Shown here: piece by piece, positions 1 through 13,829 of the stretch
Numbering within the stretch: position 1 is the first letter of the stretch
Layout of the letters: every line of letters starts with the position of its first letter
DNA from: Vicugna vicugna
Lineage: Eukaryota
Direction: 5' to 3'
NCBI GenBank assembly: GCA_013265495.1
Contig: MU061578.1
Location: 1,869,308-1,933,307 of the forward strand
Length of the DNA: 64,000 bases
Notes under the pieces: model-generated
What the model was told of the DNA's origin: nothing
What the model saw: the letters and a program-made list of their open reading frames with translations, nothing else
Databases searched by the model: none
Program-made: the position numbers and the translations under genes

Positions 1-1089
1 AGGGCCTCATTAGCACAGTGGTTCTTCCAAATATTGGCAGTTTACCAGCAAGCATCACTGGGGTTTGCTTTAGGTATAGGTGTGAACTGGTTGAAAATTG
101 ATTTCTGAACTACCCCCAGAGCTGTCCTGATAGTGGAGGCAAAGAGATTGAGCGAGCTAGTTAATTTCAGGGCCATTAGCAAAGCCAAAGAATGAACAGG
201 GATAAAATTGCAAGAGGAATTATATTTTCTAGCTGCTAAGTAGATAATATGAATAATGGGGTGAAATGATTACCATCCACCATTTGAGCACCAATGGCCT
301 AGATGTTGTGTGAATTAATTAATCGTCAAAGCTCTTTATAGAATGACATTCAAAACAAGCCCAGGAAAAGCTCTTCCCCTCCATCCATTCCAGCACCGTC
401 CACACCCCACTAGGATCAACACAAAGAATTGCTTCTCCGCATTGTAGTCATGTACTTGGAAAGCCTTCCCTTTCTCTTTCCCTCCAAGTAAGAACAGCTT
501 TGCGAACAAAGTTGGTTTTGCATTAGACAAACCAGGAGTAGGCAATAAATTTAAAATGCCCCTGCGGTAATTTGGCCACATCTGCCACTCCCTGTCAAAC
601 TAGAGGCCTTACCAGAGGTATGCAACTTCTAATTAGAGGATTGTAAAGAAAGGGGGTGGGGTAGGGAAAGCATGTGTGTATGTGTGTGTGTGTGTATCCA
701 TTGTAGATCCTTCTACAACGTGGCACCATGAATCTCTGTCACTCTTTGACTAATGGCACATAGAGACATTTGGATGAACTAGTGAAAAATCTGTGAAGCT
801 AGCTTACCCTTCCTAGTTTTAAAATCACCCAACTTTAGGTGGAAATATTTATTTTCCTCCTGTTCTCGATGCTGGCTGACACTTATACATACTATTTGAA
901 GTTCTGACAGTGCAACCAAACCAAGAAAATAGACTTCTGATTGTTGAAGTTTCCACTTTATTGTGGAGTCCACTTTAAATGCAGAGATCTTTCTGCTTGA
1001 GAAGAAATGGGATAACCAGAATATGCAGAAAATCTATCCTTTTCTCTGCAGTGTAAAACAGTTAGAAGTGAGGATTTTAGCATTAGCTG

Positions 1090-1305
1090 GATATTGGATC
1101 ATATCCTGGCTGAGTCACCTTGTGACAGTGTGACAATGTCCACAGTTTCTTAATCTCTTCAAGGGTGGATTCTCCTACCTGTGAACTGAAGGTACTAGTA
1201 CCTACGAAACATGTAGGTTGTAAAGACAGATTAAATGAGGCAATGCATACAAAATGCTTCATGAAGTATCTAGCATATAGAAAACGCTCAATACATGAAT
1301 AGGCC
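1090..1305 (+). mobile_element. MIR SINE
   Basis: Degenerate MIR core and tail (gtacctac...gattaaatgaggcaatgcatacaaaatgctt...gctcaatacatg). Confidence 0.75.
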
Positions 1306-1869
1306 TTGTTAGTATGCAAAGCTCGCTGCTCTCCGTGGTGCTGAAGGCTTCCAGGTTGATAGGAATCTGCTGGACAGATTGCTTAAATGTCCCTTAAGAG
1401 AAGGGACACAGTATAAGGAATGGAGAAGGCCCTGGAGTCACAGACATATGTAAGATTCACTGTTCAGAAAAGGAGACAAAAATTATCTTGTTAAAATTTC
1501 CTTTGGATTTTTCACTGTGAGATTATACCACGGTCATCTGTCTCTGGGATGGACATACTGATCTATGCACTATCTGGGACTTTTCCCAAGAACTAGTGAA
1601 TACTTTGAATTTAGATGAAGATAGCTTCTCTCAAAATTAAAACTTAGAGGTTACACCTTTAATTCAGAACCTTTACTTCTTGGCACATGTAGATACTATT
1701 CTTTCTCTGCTCAGAAGCAGTTGATAACTTACCAAGCCATAGAGAATATGTCTTTGTTTAGGCTGATAATAAATGCTTACTCATTTCTGTCCCTATGTGC
1801 CTATTATGGCCCCATTTTCTTCTACCTTCTCTCCATTCAAGTCAGGCAGGAGGCAGGGCAGCTTGTCAA

Positions 1870-2072
1870 ACTGCCTGGGCTCAAACTTGGACCAGTTCAC
1901 AGAGTGGCAGTGAGATCTTGGGCAAGTTACTTAATCACTGCAATCTGCATGCTCCTCAGGGGCTGTCTATGAGGATTCAGTGAGAGATATTTAGAAGTCA
2001 TCAACACTATGAATGGTACTCAGGGAGCACCCAAGGAACTCAACTGCTACTACCAGGAATATTATTATTATT
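1870..2072 (+). mobile_element. MIR SINE
   Basis: gtgagatcttgggcaagttacttaatc...gaggattcagtgaga...tattattatta. Confidence 0.75.
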
Positions 2073-2284
2073 AACACCACCGGTGCTATTCCTTACTCAG
2101 CATTGCCATATAAAACTGCAAAGGCCTAATGCCATGCCTGTTTCTTTTACTCTAAATATTACCCTTCCTCTTCTGTTATGAATTCTAGAACAAAGCCCTT
2201 CAAGGTCTACACCCTCGGCGAAGCTGCTTCTCCCCTGACACATTCACAAGGGTTTTCTCAATTACCTACTTACCAACAAAACAC

Positions 2285-2500
2285 ACTATTTAAAAGTATG
2301 GGTTCTGGAGTCATTTTGCAAACCCCTAGCTCTACCATGCCCGTGCTGAGTGACAGTGGCCAGTACACACAACCTCTCTGAGATTCACTTTCCTCATCTG
2401 CCCATTTCATAAGGTTATGGTGACAATGCAGTTACATAATATCTGTAAACTGCCTGTTCCAGCATCTGGTGCAGATAAGCATCTATGAATGTTAACTGCT
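2285..2500 (+). mobile_element. MIR SINE
   Basis: ctggagtc...aacctctctgagattcactttcctcatctg...tgaatgttaactg. Confidence 0.75.
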
Positions 2501-3399
2501 CAATACTATAATTTATATCCCATTACATCCCCCACCCCATGCTCAACAGAGGTAAGCTCTCTCGTCTTTTTGTGTGCCAACAGGCTATCAACATGCAGAT
2601 AAGTTAGACTGAGCATCTTCCTAGACACATACGTCCAAAAAGTTAAATCAGAAAGAAACAGCCACCTACTTTACAGAGGAAGGTGCAGGCATTTGGGCTT
2701 GTTCCTGGGGTTTCCCGTTCAAAAGTGGCTACATGTTCAATACAGTCAAAGCCCTTGGGGTGCCCCTGGTTCAGATATTGACTGGGATGGACATGTACAC
2801 TGTTTCCAGCTCTTAATTTTCTCCTGCCATGAATTCTGGTTATACAATTTCCCTATCTTAATGACTTCTGGCAATACCCCCGCTCATGGGGCTACACAAT
2901 GTCACGGCCACCTTCCTGTTTATATCACCAAAGTGCCTGCGCACGTGTATCCTTCTTCAAGTGCTGCCTGGAGGGGCTATGCAAATCCAACGCCTTTAAT
3001 CTCGCCTCATAAATCAAACATTCCCTTCCCTTAATCTGTTTCACTCTCTGTTGCCAACCTTCCTCCAATCTGTCCCCATCTTTCTCCTACTGAAGGTACC
3101 AGAAATAAATGCTCCAGACTAGGGGTGGGTGAGCTGATAGAGACGAAAGAACACAAAAAGGAAGAGAGAAGAAAATGAAGAGAGGGAGCAAACCGGCAGG
3201 CCCCGAAGTTGGGAGAAAGGAGGAGGGAAGTGGCCGCTGTCTGTACCTGGGGGCCTACCATTCATGCCATTCAGGCCAGGGGGCAAGGGATAGTCTTTAG
3301 AACACCACCACAATAAAACCTGCATAGAATACTTTTTCCTCTGCGTTTTCCCACCAGCTCCATTTCAGGATTCCTTTTATTCCCCTCTCCCACCCCTAA

Positions 3400-3960
3400 A
3401 ATGGAATTAGGCTATCTTTTCTAAGTGTAATCCCATTTTAATCTTTTCCGCTCATATTTCTAACTTGTTTAGGGTAGGTTTGTGTAATGTTCCCAGTCCA
3501 CACTCCGGTTCACAACACCTTCCAATTTAATATTGTCTGCAAATTTCATTAGCATGCAATTTACTTTCTCTTCCAGATCATTAAAAAAAAAAAAAGCCTC
3601 ACCTAGACCAAGCTATTATGAATCTCTTTTCCACTCGCCCCAGACCCCAGCCAAGTGGGAACATTACCATTTATCATTATCTTTTGTTTATAATCTTTCA
3701 GCCAGGTTTCATCTAAGCCGATTAGAACTAATCTTGATGGCAAAAGGAAATTCAGATAAATAAAAGCAAACCCCGACATCCAGAGCCTCCCTCAACAACA
3801 ACTTTATTTCATAGTTAATGGTCAGTATTTGGCTTATCCATCACTTTTCTATAATAATCTTCCATACAGTCATTCTCAGCATTCTTTCTTCAAGACCAAT
3901 ACAGAATCAGATTTGTACTTAGTGAGAATTTCACAAGTCCTTCAAAGGGATTAAGTCTGT
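3400..3960 (-). mobile_element. CR1/L3-clade LINE fossil (reverse transcriptase region)
   Basis: Minus strand 3582-3511 translates NDLEEKVNCMLMKFADNIKLEGVV, matching the CR1 RT motif (INDL..G...L.KFADDTKLGG). After a frameshift it continues LNKLEI*AEKIKMGLHLEK. Outer boundaries approximate. Confidence 0.85.
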
Positions 3961-5818
3961 CAGTCCCAATAGTTTAAGTTTCCATGGAATCTTTATCTCC
4001 TGCTGTATTTTCAAACTCCAAGGGGGCAGGGCACTTTTCTGCAGAGGGAGCTTTTTACAAAATGTCAACGAGTTATTTATTTAACTTCAGATGCTCAGGC
4101 ACCCACGGTCTCCTCCAAAGTAGAGAAGGTTTTTTTCCACCAGCCATGGCACTTGGTGTGTGCTGGTTAATAAAGTTCTATTTATGGTCTTAATGAGGAT
4201 AAAATAGCCATTTCTTAGCTAGGTGCCAGATACAGAGATTGATAACAAGACTAATCCTAGTATAATTCCCTTACTAATGGCTAAAAACCACTCAAGTACT
4301 TTAATATATCAAGATGCAAATGTTTTATAATACCCATAAACATTCTCAGAACCTAATAGAGTTAATTCCACTAAGATTGAAACAAGTGAGAGGTGGTGCA
4401 AAAATCAATTTGGCTTCACCTCCAATGATTTATCATTGCCACCCCCAGGATCAATTAATTTTTCACTAAGAAAATGTCTAATGAAATTTAGGACCAAAGG
4501 GATGACAAATAAAACACCAACCTTGATTTAGAGTCACATAATGGGTTAGACAGACTTCAACCTTCATGGAGGTTAAAAAAAAATCTAAATGAAAATTATC
4601 AATAATTTAAGATTTAATTATAAAGAATAGTTTGTTGAGATCCTGATACAAACCAAAATAATTTCTACCTGCTCTGTTCTAAGCTATATGTGAGTATCTA
4701 TAAATTCTCTATATTTTAAATTACAGATAAAGGATTATGAGGAAGAAAAAAAGGACACAGTGTGACTTTTTTTACATCTTAAAAATAAAAGAAATCTGTG
4801 TAAAGACTCCTGAGAGCAAGAAAAAGCTCAAAAGAAAATTCACGGGTAATGATGAAATTGTCACCTTTTCACATTTTTGGCCCCATTTAGACTCATCAAC
4901 CCTGAAACGAAAGTGCAATTTATTAAGGTAAGAAGTGATTCCTAGATTTATGCTTTATGCAATTATGTTAAACTCTGCTTGAGTTGTGCCTCCTTTTTTT
5001 TTCCTGCACCCCACAATTTTCCTTGTCTGGGGGAAAAAAAAAAGAACTTGGAGAAACCTTGCAGGGCAAAGAATCATTCTTAAAAGAAAGGATTTTCAGG
5101 TGAACACTAACTTCCTGGCATTGGGGCAGGAAAGTGCCTGTGACGCATCATCCCTGCAAAGGGACTGAGCCAACTGGGGTGATGTGGTCACAGAGTACAT
5201 GCCTGCAAATTTACTGTCCCTCTTTATGGCTTTCCATAAAGTCCCTTCATGCAAAATGGCAAAGAGACGCCCCATTTATACAGCATAAAAATTAAGTGAC
5301 TAATGGGCTATGTCCAATGAACTCCTACCCACTTACAAACCAAGAGAACTTCAAATTTTAATCCGTTCAGCTCAAGGGGACAGTGGAATATCATCGCCTA
5401 CCCAATGATCACTTGAAATTAACTTCCTGGCCAAGTAAAAGTGAGCTATGAAAGACAGTTCCATGAGGATCACAATATTTCTTCAAGGTCTTTACGGCAC
5501 CATGACTCAATCCACACAAAGCAAAAGTTTCTAAAGGTACCTCCACCAGGGTCTTTTATGTCTCCCTCCCAGGTCTTGAATCACCATTCCTCTTCCCTGA
5601 ACTCCACATTAAAGGATTTGAGATAAATGCAGTTATATACATCTGAAATCCAAAGACTTGATATGTTCCCTAGAATTACACAGTCATTGATTTTTTTTTT
5701 GCTGATACAATTTATGAGTCATTACAAAACATATGTTATTTTTCTGAATCACTGACAGTTATGTTATATGTTGTAGAGCTCTACTGAGATGGCATTGTTT
5801 TTGTTTTTCTATTTTAAT

Positions 5819-6060
5819 ATCCATCAACGGATGACTGGACAGAGAAGTTGTGGTATATTTATACGATGGAATACTACTCAGCCATAAAAATAATAAAATA
5901 ATGCCATTTGCAGCAACATGGATGGACCTGGAGATTGTCATTCTAAGTGAAGTAAGCCAGAAAGAGAAAGAAAAATACCATATGATATCACTCATATGTG
6001 GAATCTTAAAAAAAGAAAGAAAAGAAAAGAAAAGTGAACTTATTTACAAAACAGGGACAG
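5819..6060 (+). mobile_element. LINE-1 fragment (ORF2 C-terminus / start of 3'UTR), artiodactyl-type, no poly(A) tail
   Basis: ORF 5850-6131 contains [37 protein letters not shown], the typical L1 ORF2 end. Confidence 0.92.
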
Positions 6061-6154
6061 AATTATTTTTGTTTTACAAAGTAATGACTCATGGCCTGGT
6101 AAGAAAACAGTCTATTTCCCAATCCTTTTGAAAAAGTAAGTTTATTTACATTAA

Positions 6155-6400
6155 ATTCATTCAACAAATTTTTCAACAAATGGTTAATGAACATCTGTCA
6201 GAGATCAGACAAGCACTGTTCTAAGAACAGAATAGAATGTGTGAAATAAGATGAGCATGGCCCTTATCTTCATGGAGTTTCTACTCCATTAAGGAACAGT
6301 GATAAGATGTAAATAAAAGAAATAATCACTGATTGTCATAAGTGCTAGGAAGGAAATACACAGGATGCTCTGATAAAGAATAACAGGACAGAACAGAACT
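6155..6400 (-). mobile_element. L2 LINE 3' end
   Basis: ttcattcaacaaat...cactgttctaag...gcccttatcttcatggagttt. Confidence 0.7.
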
Positions 6401-7169
6401 GTTTGGGAACTACATGTGACATGCCTATACAGCCAATTAATGCAAGAGATAAATTGAAATCCAACTTTTAAAAGGACACTCAATCATCCAATAAGTAGTT
6501 ATTGTCTGATTAGCATGTTCCCAAAATTGAGAGGATAGGAGACACCGTAGCCTGTGACTACCTAAAAGGACTCTGGCCATGGTCCTGAAGATTGTAATAC
6601 AATCACCCCTTCCCTTCTCCTTTGCGTTATCTCCATTTATCTGTCTCTTCACTGCGTGTGAAAAGGTATTCATTAAATAAGAGGTGTTTTAAAAACAAAA
6701 TAATAATTAAGAAACTCCTTCATCTCTAACCTTTTCACCACTGAGAAAAGACTTGCTATCTGCAAAATTAAAATAAACTAAGAAATTATAATACTCGAAA
6801 GGGTGTGACACCAGCATCAACACATGAATGAAAGGAAAAGAACATGCAGAAATCCATCCTCGTACATGTGATAATTTACAATACAATGATGTTGCCACCA
6901 CAAACAAGTTGAGTGGGAGTGAGGGGGCAGAGAGAATAGGATTATTTAGTAGATGGTACTGAGAAAATGGTTTAAAACACTTGGTGGAGATTACTATATT
7001 GTTCCTTCTATATTTCAGTGTCAATTCCCCTCTCCATACTAATTGACATTAAAAAATAAATGCTTTCTTCTACTTCTTGCTAAGAGGATGCCAATTATGT
7101 CTCCCTAATTGTTCATTATTCAAAAGCAATTTTACTGATATACCCTTCCCATTACTGTAGTAAACAACA

Positions 7170-7430
7170 TAGTATCATCACAGATGCAGAATGGAAACAA
7201 TATGGACTTCAGAATTATATGTACCAGATTTGAGTCCCAAGTCTGCCCTGTCAAGTACATTTGAATACACCACTTAACTCTTTTTCAGTCTTATTGCAAC
7301 AACCTCATATGCAAAAGTAAAATAAAGAAGTTAATAATTCCTATTCCACGGAGAAGCTCTGATATTCGAATGAGATAAGACACATGAGAAAAGTCTAAGA
7401 GAAGTATAGCACTGCACAAGTGTCAGCAGT
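7170..7430 (+). mobile_element. MIR SINE
   Basis: atggacttcagaa...gatttgagtcccaagtctgcc...cacttaactct...gaatgagataa. Confidence 0.7.
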
Positions 7431-7509
7431 CATTCTTACCGTCAGTGTTTAAGAAATGTTTGTTGGATGAAAGATGTCAACTTTGCAGCCCCTAAAGCTC
7501 CACTAAAAT

Positions 7510-10500
7510 AGTCCCATGGATGAAGGTATGGGAACACACTTGGGCTGTGTTAGGGATTGTATTTTTCTTATTCAGCATAATTCTCTGCAGATTCATCTGG
7601 AGGTTGCTGTATGTTTCAATAATCCCTTTCTTTGTACTGCTGAGTCCTACTCCATGGTATTGGTGTACTACTGTGCTGTGTAACCATTCACCCAATGAAA
7701 TATATCTGGGTTATTTTCAGTTCCTGGCTATTCTGAATAGAGCTGCTATAAACACTCCTGCACAGATTTTCTGTGAGCGTAAGTTTTCACTTTTCTAGGA
7801 CCAATGCCCAGAAGGATAATGGCTAGGTTACATGGTAGTTGCATGTTTAGGTTTTAAAGAAACAAACCTATTTCCCAAAGTGGCTATACCACTTTTCTCC
7901 AGCAATGTACGAACAATTTAATTTCTCCACATCCTTGCCAGTGTTAGTGTTCACAATTTTTTATTCTAGCCATTCTAATAGGTGTGTGCTGATGCCACAC
8001 TGTAGTTTTAATCTGCATTTCCCTAATGGTTAATGATGTTGAACATCTTTTCACGTGCTTACCTGCCAGTTGTACCTTCTCCTCTGTGAAATGCCTTTTC
8101 ATGTCTTTTGTTCACTTTCTAATTGGGTTGTTTGATTTTTTTTTTTTATTGTTGAGTTTTGAGAGTTCTTTCCATATTCTAGATTTTGGTCCTTTGCAAA
8201 AGTTTTCTCCAAGTCTACAGCTTAATTTTTCCATCCTTTTAACAGAACGTTTTGCAGAGAATTTTTTTTTAATTTTGATGAAATTCAATTTATCATTTTC
8301 TTTCTGTGATGAACTGCAATTTTGATGTCAATTCTAAGAACTCTGCCTAGCTTTAAAATCTCAAAGATTTTCTCCCATTTTTTAAAAAAGTTTTATACCT
8401 TTATGTTTTATGTTCAAGTTCAGAATCCATTTTGAGTCAATTTCTGTATAATATGTGAAACTTAAGTTGAGAATGTCCAATTGGATTCTCAACTGTTTCA
8501 GCACCACATGTTGAAGGACCATCATTCCTCCACTGAACTGCTTTCTCACCTTTGTCCAAAGTCTATTGGGCAAATTTATGTAGGTCTAAATCTGGGTTCT
8601 GGGTTCTGTTTTATTGACCCACGTGTCTGTCCTTCTGCCAGTACCACAGTTTTGATTGCTGTAGCTACACTATGAGCCTTGAAATCAGATGGACTCATTT
8701 TTCTCACTATATACTTACCTGTTTATCAATTTATAGAGAACTGTCACCTTTATTATGTGAATCTTCCAATACACTGAACATACTACGGCTCTCCTGTATT
8801 TTTTTTTAAATTATTTTTGTCAGCATTTGGTAGCTTTCAGTTAACAAGTTGTGTTACCATTTTGTTAACTTTTTATCTAAGTATCTTTTTGGAGTCACTG
8901 CAAGTGGTATTGTATTTATAATTTCCACATCCACAGGACAGCTGCAGGTTTTTCTGAGAATGCTGTCTATCAAATTGAGGAAGATCCCCTATATTGCTAT
9001 TTTTCCAATAGTTTTTTATCAGGAACAATTTTACCAAATGCTTTTTTTTTTTTACATTGATTTGCATGATCAAATGATTTTCTTCTAGCCTGTTAATAAG
9101 GTTGATTACATTGATTTAATTGAGATTACTGAATCAGTCATACCTCCCTGGAATAAATTCCACTAGGTCAAGCATGTAATTCTTTTTATATATTGCTGAA
9201 TTCTATTTGCTAATATTTTGTTATAGACAAAAAATGCGGTTTTATGCCTACGGCCATAAAATATATCAGTCTATAGTTTTCTTTTTCCGTACTAGCTTTG
9301 TATGATTTTTGTACCAGGATAATACAAGCTTCATAAAATGAACTGGGAAGTGTCCCTTTTCTTCTGTTTTCTGGAAGAGATTGTATATGGTATTAATTCT
9401 CCTTTAAATATTTGGTAGAATTCTCTGATGAAACCTTCTAGGTTTGGAGATTTCTTTTTCAGGAATTTTTTAAATGAAAAATTCAATTTCCTTCATAGTT
9501 ACAGGGACATTCAAATTACCTACTTCAGATAGAGTGGATTATGACAGTTGGCATTTTTACAAGGAAGTTGTCTATTTCACGTAAGTTGTCAGATATACGT
9601 GTATATATTTGTTCATTGCATTTCCTTATTATCCATTTGACATCTGCAAAGCCTGTACTGATATCCTCTGTTTCATTCTTGACATTTATAATTAGTGTCC
9701 TCTCCCTTTTTCCTTTGTCAGTTTTGCTAGAGGTCTGTCAATTTCATTGATCTTTTCAAAGGCCAGGTCTTCTTTTCATTGATTTTTCTCTATTGTTTAA
9801 CTGTTTTCAATGTCACTGATTTCCGCTCTTATCTTCATTACTTCCTTCCTTATTTGCTTTGGGTTGATTCTGCTATTCTCCTCCTAGGTTCTTAAGGTGG
9901 GAGTTTACATTACCCCCTTGAGGCTTTTCTTTTCCAGTGTATGTATTCATTACTACAAATTTCCCTCTCAGCACCGCTTTAGCTGTTTCCCATAAGTTCT
10001 TGTCTCGTATTTTCATCTGGTTCAATGTAATTATGCATTTATTTCCCTGCAGGCTTCCTCTTGAATCTACAGAATTTTCAGAAATGTGTTGTTAAGCTTC
10101 CAGGTGTTTAGAGATTTTGCCTGTTACCTTTTTTTAACGATGTAGAGTTTGATTCCACTGTGGTCAAGGAACACACTCTGTATAACTGCAATGATTTTAA
10201 ATTTACTGAAGTTTGTTCCATGGCCCAGGATATGGTCTATCCTGTCAAATGTCCGACAGACACTTCAACAGAATATGTATTCAGCTATTGATGGATTGAT
10301 GTGTGGCGTTTTCTATAATGTTGAGTAGATACTGCTGGTTGATGGTGGTTGAGTTCTGTATCCTTTATTTTCAGTCTAGTTTTTCCATGAATTGCTAGTA
10401 GACTGGTGTTTGTCTCCAATCACATGTATTTTCCTGTCTCTCCTTTTAGTGCTGTCATTCTTTTTTTTTTTCTGCACATATTTGGCAGCTCTGTTGTTTA

Positions 10501-11700
10501 ATGCATGCACATTGAGGACTGCTGTATTCTTTGTTGGACTATTGTTGACACTATTATCATTGTGCTGTTTCTCCCTGTCCCTGGTAATTTTCTTTGCTCT
10601 TAAGTCTACTTTATCTGATGCTATATTAGTACAGCATCTAATTAGCATAGTAGCTAATACAGCTACTCCTATTTTATCTGGGTTGGTGTTTGTATGATCT
10701 ATATTTTCCATCCTTCCACTTTCAATCTACCCATATAATTAAGTTTGAAAGGAGTTTCTTGACAGCATATGGTTGAGTTGTGTACTTTAATCCATCCTAA
10801 CAAATTTTCATTTATTGGTATAAGTAGGGCATCTACATTAGATATAATTATTGTTATGTTAGTACTTGATTCTGCCATTTTATTTTTTTATGTGTTCTCT
10901 GTTTATCATTTCTCTGTTTTCTTTTTTCTGCTTTCCTGAGTTACCTGAATATCTTTTATAATGAAATTTTCATTTGTCTGTAATACCTTTAAGCAAAGCT
11001 CTCTTTACAGATTATGTTAGTAGTTGCTCTGGGTATTTCATTATACATACAACAGTCTACTCGTGTGATCATTTTAGCAGTTTCAGTAAGGCATGGAAAT
11101 CTTCCCTTTAGCCTTCCTCATTTATAATACAATTGTCTTAAATATTTCTTCTACATGCATTTTAAACCATATCAGACTGTTTTTGTTTCAGTCATAAAGT
11201 AGCTTTGAAAACACCAGAGAAGGAAAGTTTATTGCATTTACTCCTGTTATTGTTTTTTTTCCTTTCTGATAGTCCAAAAGTCCTTCTTTTATAAATTCCT
11301 TTCTCATCAGACAACTCCCCCTAGCCAGTCTTTTAAGGTAAGGCTGCTGGAAACTAATTATTTTAGGTTTTCTTTACCTGGCAATAACTCCTTTCTTTCT
11401 GAAGTATATTTGTGCTGGAAATACAGTTCGGAGTTAACAAGTATTGTCTTTCAGCACTTGAAAAAACATCACACCTTTCCCTCCTTGCCTCCACGGTTTT
11501 TGATGAGAAATCTGCTGTCCTTCAAATTGTTTTTCCCTCAGGATACAGTATTCTTCTCTCGACTTTCAAGAATTTTTTCTCTTTATTTTCAGTTTTCAGA
11601 AGTTTGACTATAATGTGTCTTAGAGTAGGTATCTTTGGATTTACCCTGTTTGGAGTTTGCTCAGCTATTTGAATCTGTATGTTTATGTCTAGGGATTTCA
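7510..11700 (-). mobile_element. Old, rearranged LINE-1 (L1M-class), ~4.2 kb, covering parts of ORF2 and 3'UTR
   Basis: ORF 10376-10711(-) SDKVDLRAKKITRDRE...VLNVHALNNRAAKYV resembles the L1 endonuclease. ORF 8382-8573(-) YTEIDSKWILNLNIKHKGIKL resembles the ORF2 C-terminal region. The plus strand is T-rich throughout, with many stops and frameshifts. Confidence 0.9.
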
Positions 11701-12019
11701 TTCACACTTAGCGGGAATAACAGGAAAAGGTGTGTCTACTTCATCTTTCCAGGAGCAGAAATCCACTTACTACTATATTGAAGTATTATTTACTCTTTGT
11801 TTATTGTGTGTTTCTTTAATGAGCCGTAATGCCCATAAGGACAAACACATAGCATCATTCATTTCCCACAGCATCTTCAAGGCCCAGCATCACCCCTGGC
11901 ACACAACAGCTGTGCAATTCATATTGTGAATGGCTGAATTAACAAACTAAATTCTAGTAGGGTTCAAAGCAGAGTTCACTGTAGTAAACCCCTTGAAAAC
12001 CTGGTTCACACAGCAGATT

Positions 12020-12140
12020 CAGGAAAGTCTCACCACCGCCAATTCTAATTCCGGAGGTTTATGGTGGGTTGCTTAAATCTGCATCCTTAAGCACATTCTG
12101 CAGGTGATACACAGGTATCCAGGACTCACCTGAAAGAATA
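12020..12140. mobile_element. MER5-like hAT-Charlie MITE remnant
   Basis: aattctaattcc...ggtttatggtggg...aatctgcatccttaagcacattctgcaggtgat. Confidence 0.6.
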
Positions 12141-13579
12141 ATCACAAGCTGTGCTCCCCACCAAGAAGACTAGGGTCTGAGCACTTTCCTGGGAGCTAAC
12201 CGTGAGAGTGATGGGAGCAGAGGTCACTTTAAGTATTCTGCTTTCCTGCCCCTGCCCCATATTTGCTAGCAGTGAATCAAGTTCCCCCATAAACAGATGC
12301 AAATCAGGAGAAGCAGATTTAAAGTGGAAACATTTGAACAAATACGAGGATACATTGTCACAAAAGGCTTAACATTCTGCTGCGGAGGAGGTGTCTGGAA
12401 GAGCGTGCTCTGTCCTCAACTCATGCATTTTAAAACGCTGTGCTGAAGGTTTGTGTTTTACCCAGCGCAAGACCGTTAATACATTCAGCCCAAGAGTGAA
12501 GCAATTTTAATATTAATAGGCTCTTTATGAGAATTTAATAACAAAGTCATAGCTTCCTTGTGTTTCGAGACACAGGGGTTAATTACCTCAAACGGGTTGG
12601 CAGGGAAAAGGTCAAATTTTAACGCTGACCTTAACAGTTTGGGATAAATGTAAAAAAAAAAAAAAAAAAAAAAAAGGCAATGGTGCGTTTAAAGCTATGA
12701 TGTTTGGTGTTCTCTGCAGACTGAGAAACTGTCCCGGGTCCCACCTGTTGATTTCACCTATGGATGCTCAGAGAAGCCATGCACCTGGTTATTACACCTG
12801 GTAAATCTCAATCATGTATGACTGAATTCAGTCTACATTTTCCTGGGAAGAGAAGAAAACGGACTTTACGTTCGTTTTACATTTGAATCTACTCCGGTAC
12901 CCACAGGACTGAAGATTCACGATGCTCTGAGTATTTCCAGTCTTCCTCCAGTGGCATCAGACAAATCTGAGGTGAAAATGAAGCCTGCTATTTGAGACTG
13001 TGACTTCTCTGCTATATAACAGACCATTCCTGGTTTTAACAAAAGAATCCAAGTAGGTTGCAATTAGATATTTTGACGCTCTGTTCCCCTCAGCCTTCAG
13101 AGGCAGAGATACGAGGTCCTGAAAACCCCTCCAGTCTCATAAGAGCAGAGCAGGGACATATGAATGGATTGGAGCGCTTGGGTTTATCAGATGTAAAACT
13201 GTGATGGGTGCCACAAATCACAAAAAAATACGAGTTCAGTTTTCGGCCTGGGAAATGTGATCTTATACTGTTAGATTCTGAACTGTGAGTTTAAATACGT
13301 GTAGCTGATAGGTTGTGAAGTTTTGTTTTTCTGCCCACACACTCTAAAGATACTTCCTTTCATCGTGCCCCAGATTTTTCTCCCTTTGTTCAGTTTCCTA
13401 ACCAGGGTCTTGCCAGGAGCAATTCGCCTCACATGGGGTGTCCACATTCTCCATGGCAGCGTGGGACTCCTCTGACATCTTCCCATGCACATGGTCACTC
13501 TTGTCAGTAGAATCCATACCACTGAAAATGTTCACGATGGCAGTGGAGAAGTGGAATTCTCTGTACTTGTCATTTTACT

Positions 13580-13822
13580 TTCATCCATCAGGTATTTATT
13601 GAATTCCTTCCAAGGCCAAGCACTCTGCTGAAAGTGGGGGCTTCAGAATCAAACAAGTCCCCTGCCTGCACAGAGTTCAGTCTAATGGGGGAGGCAAAGG
13701 AAAAAGTAACGATCGCATCATGTGATGATGGCTACGAGGGAATGCCATGGGAACACAGACAAAAAGCAACAGACCCCATCTTAGAAGGTCTGAGGAAGTT
13801 TCTGCAAAGAAATGGCTTCTGA
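13580..13822 (-). mobile_element. L2 LINE 3' end
   Basis: tcatccatcaggtatttattgaa...ggccaagcactctgctg...gtcccctgcctgcacagagttcagtctaatggggg. Confidence 0.8.
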
Positions 13823-13829
13823 GATAAGA

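Noticed and set aside
12126..12341. Minus-strand ORF ending at a CAG|GTGAGT donor
   Set aside because: The donor falls in the end of a MER5-like element and the peptide is unrecognisable.
12720..12800. Possible 81-nt in-frame plus-strand exon (TEKLSRVPPVDFTYG...)
   Set aside because: Weak donor (CTG|GTAAAT), mediocre pyrimidine tract and unrecognised peptide.
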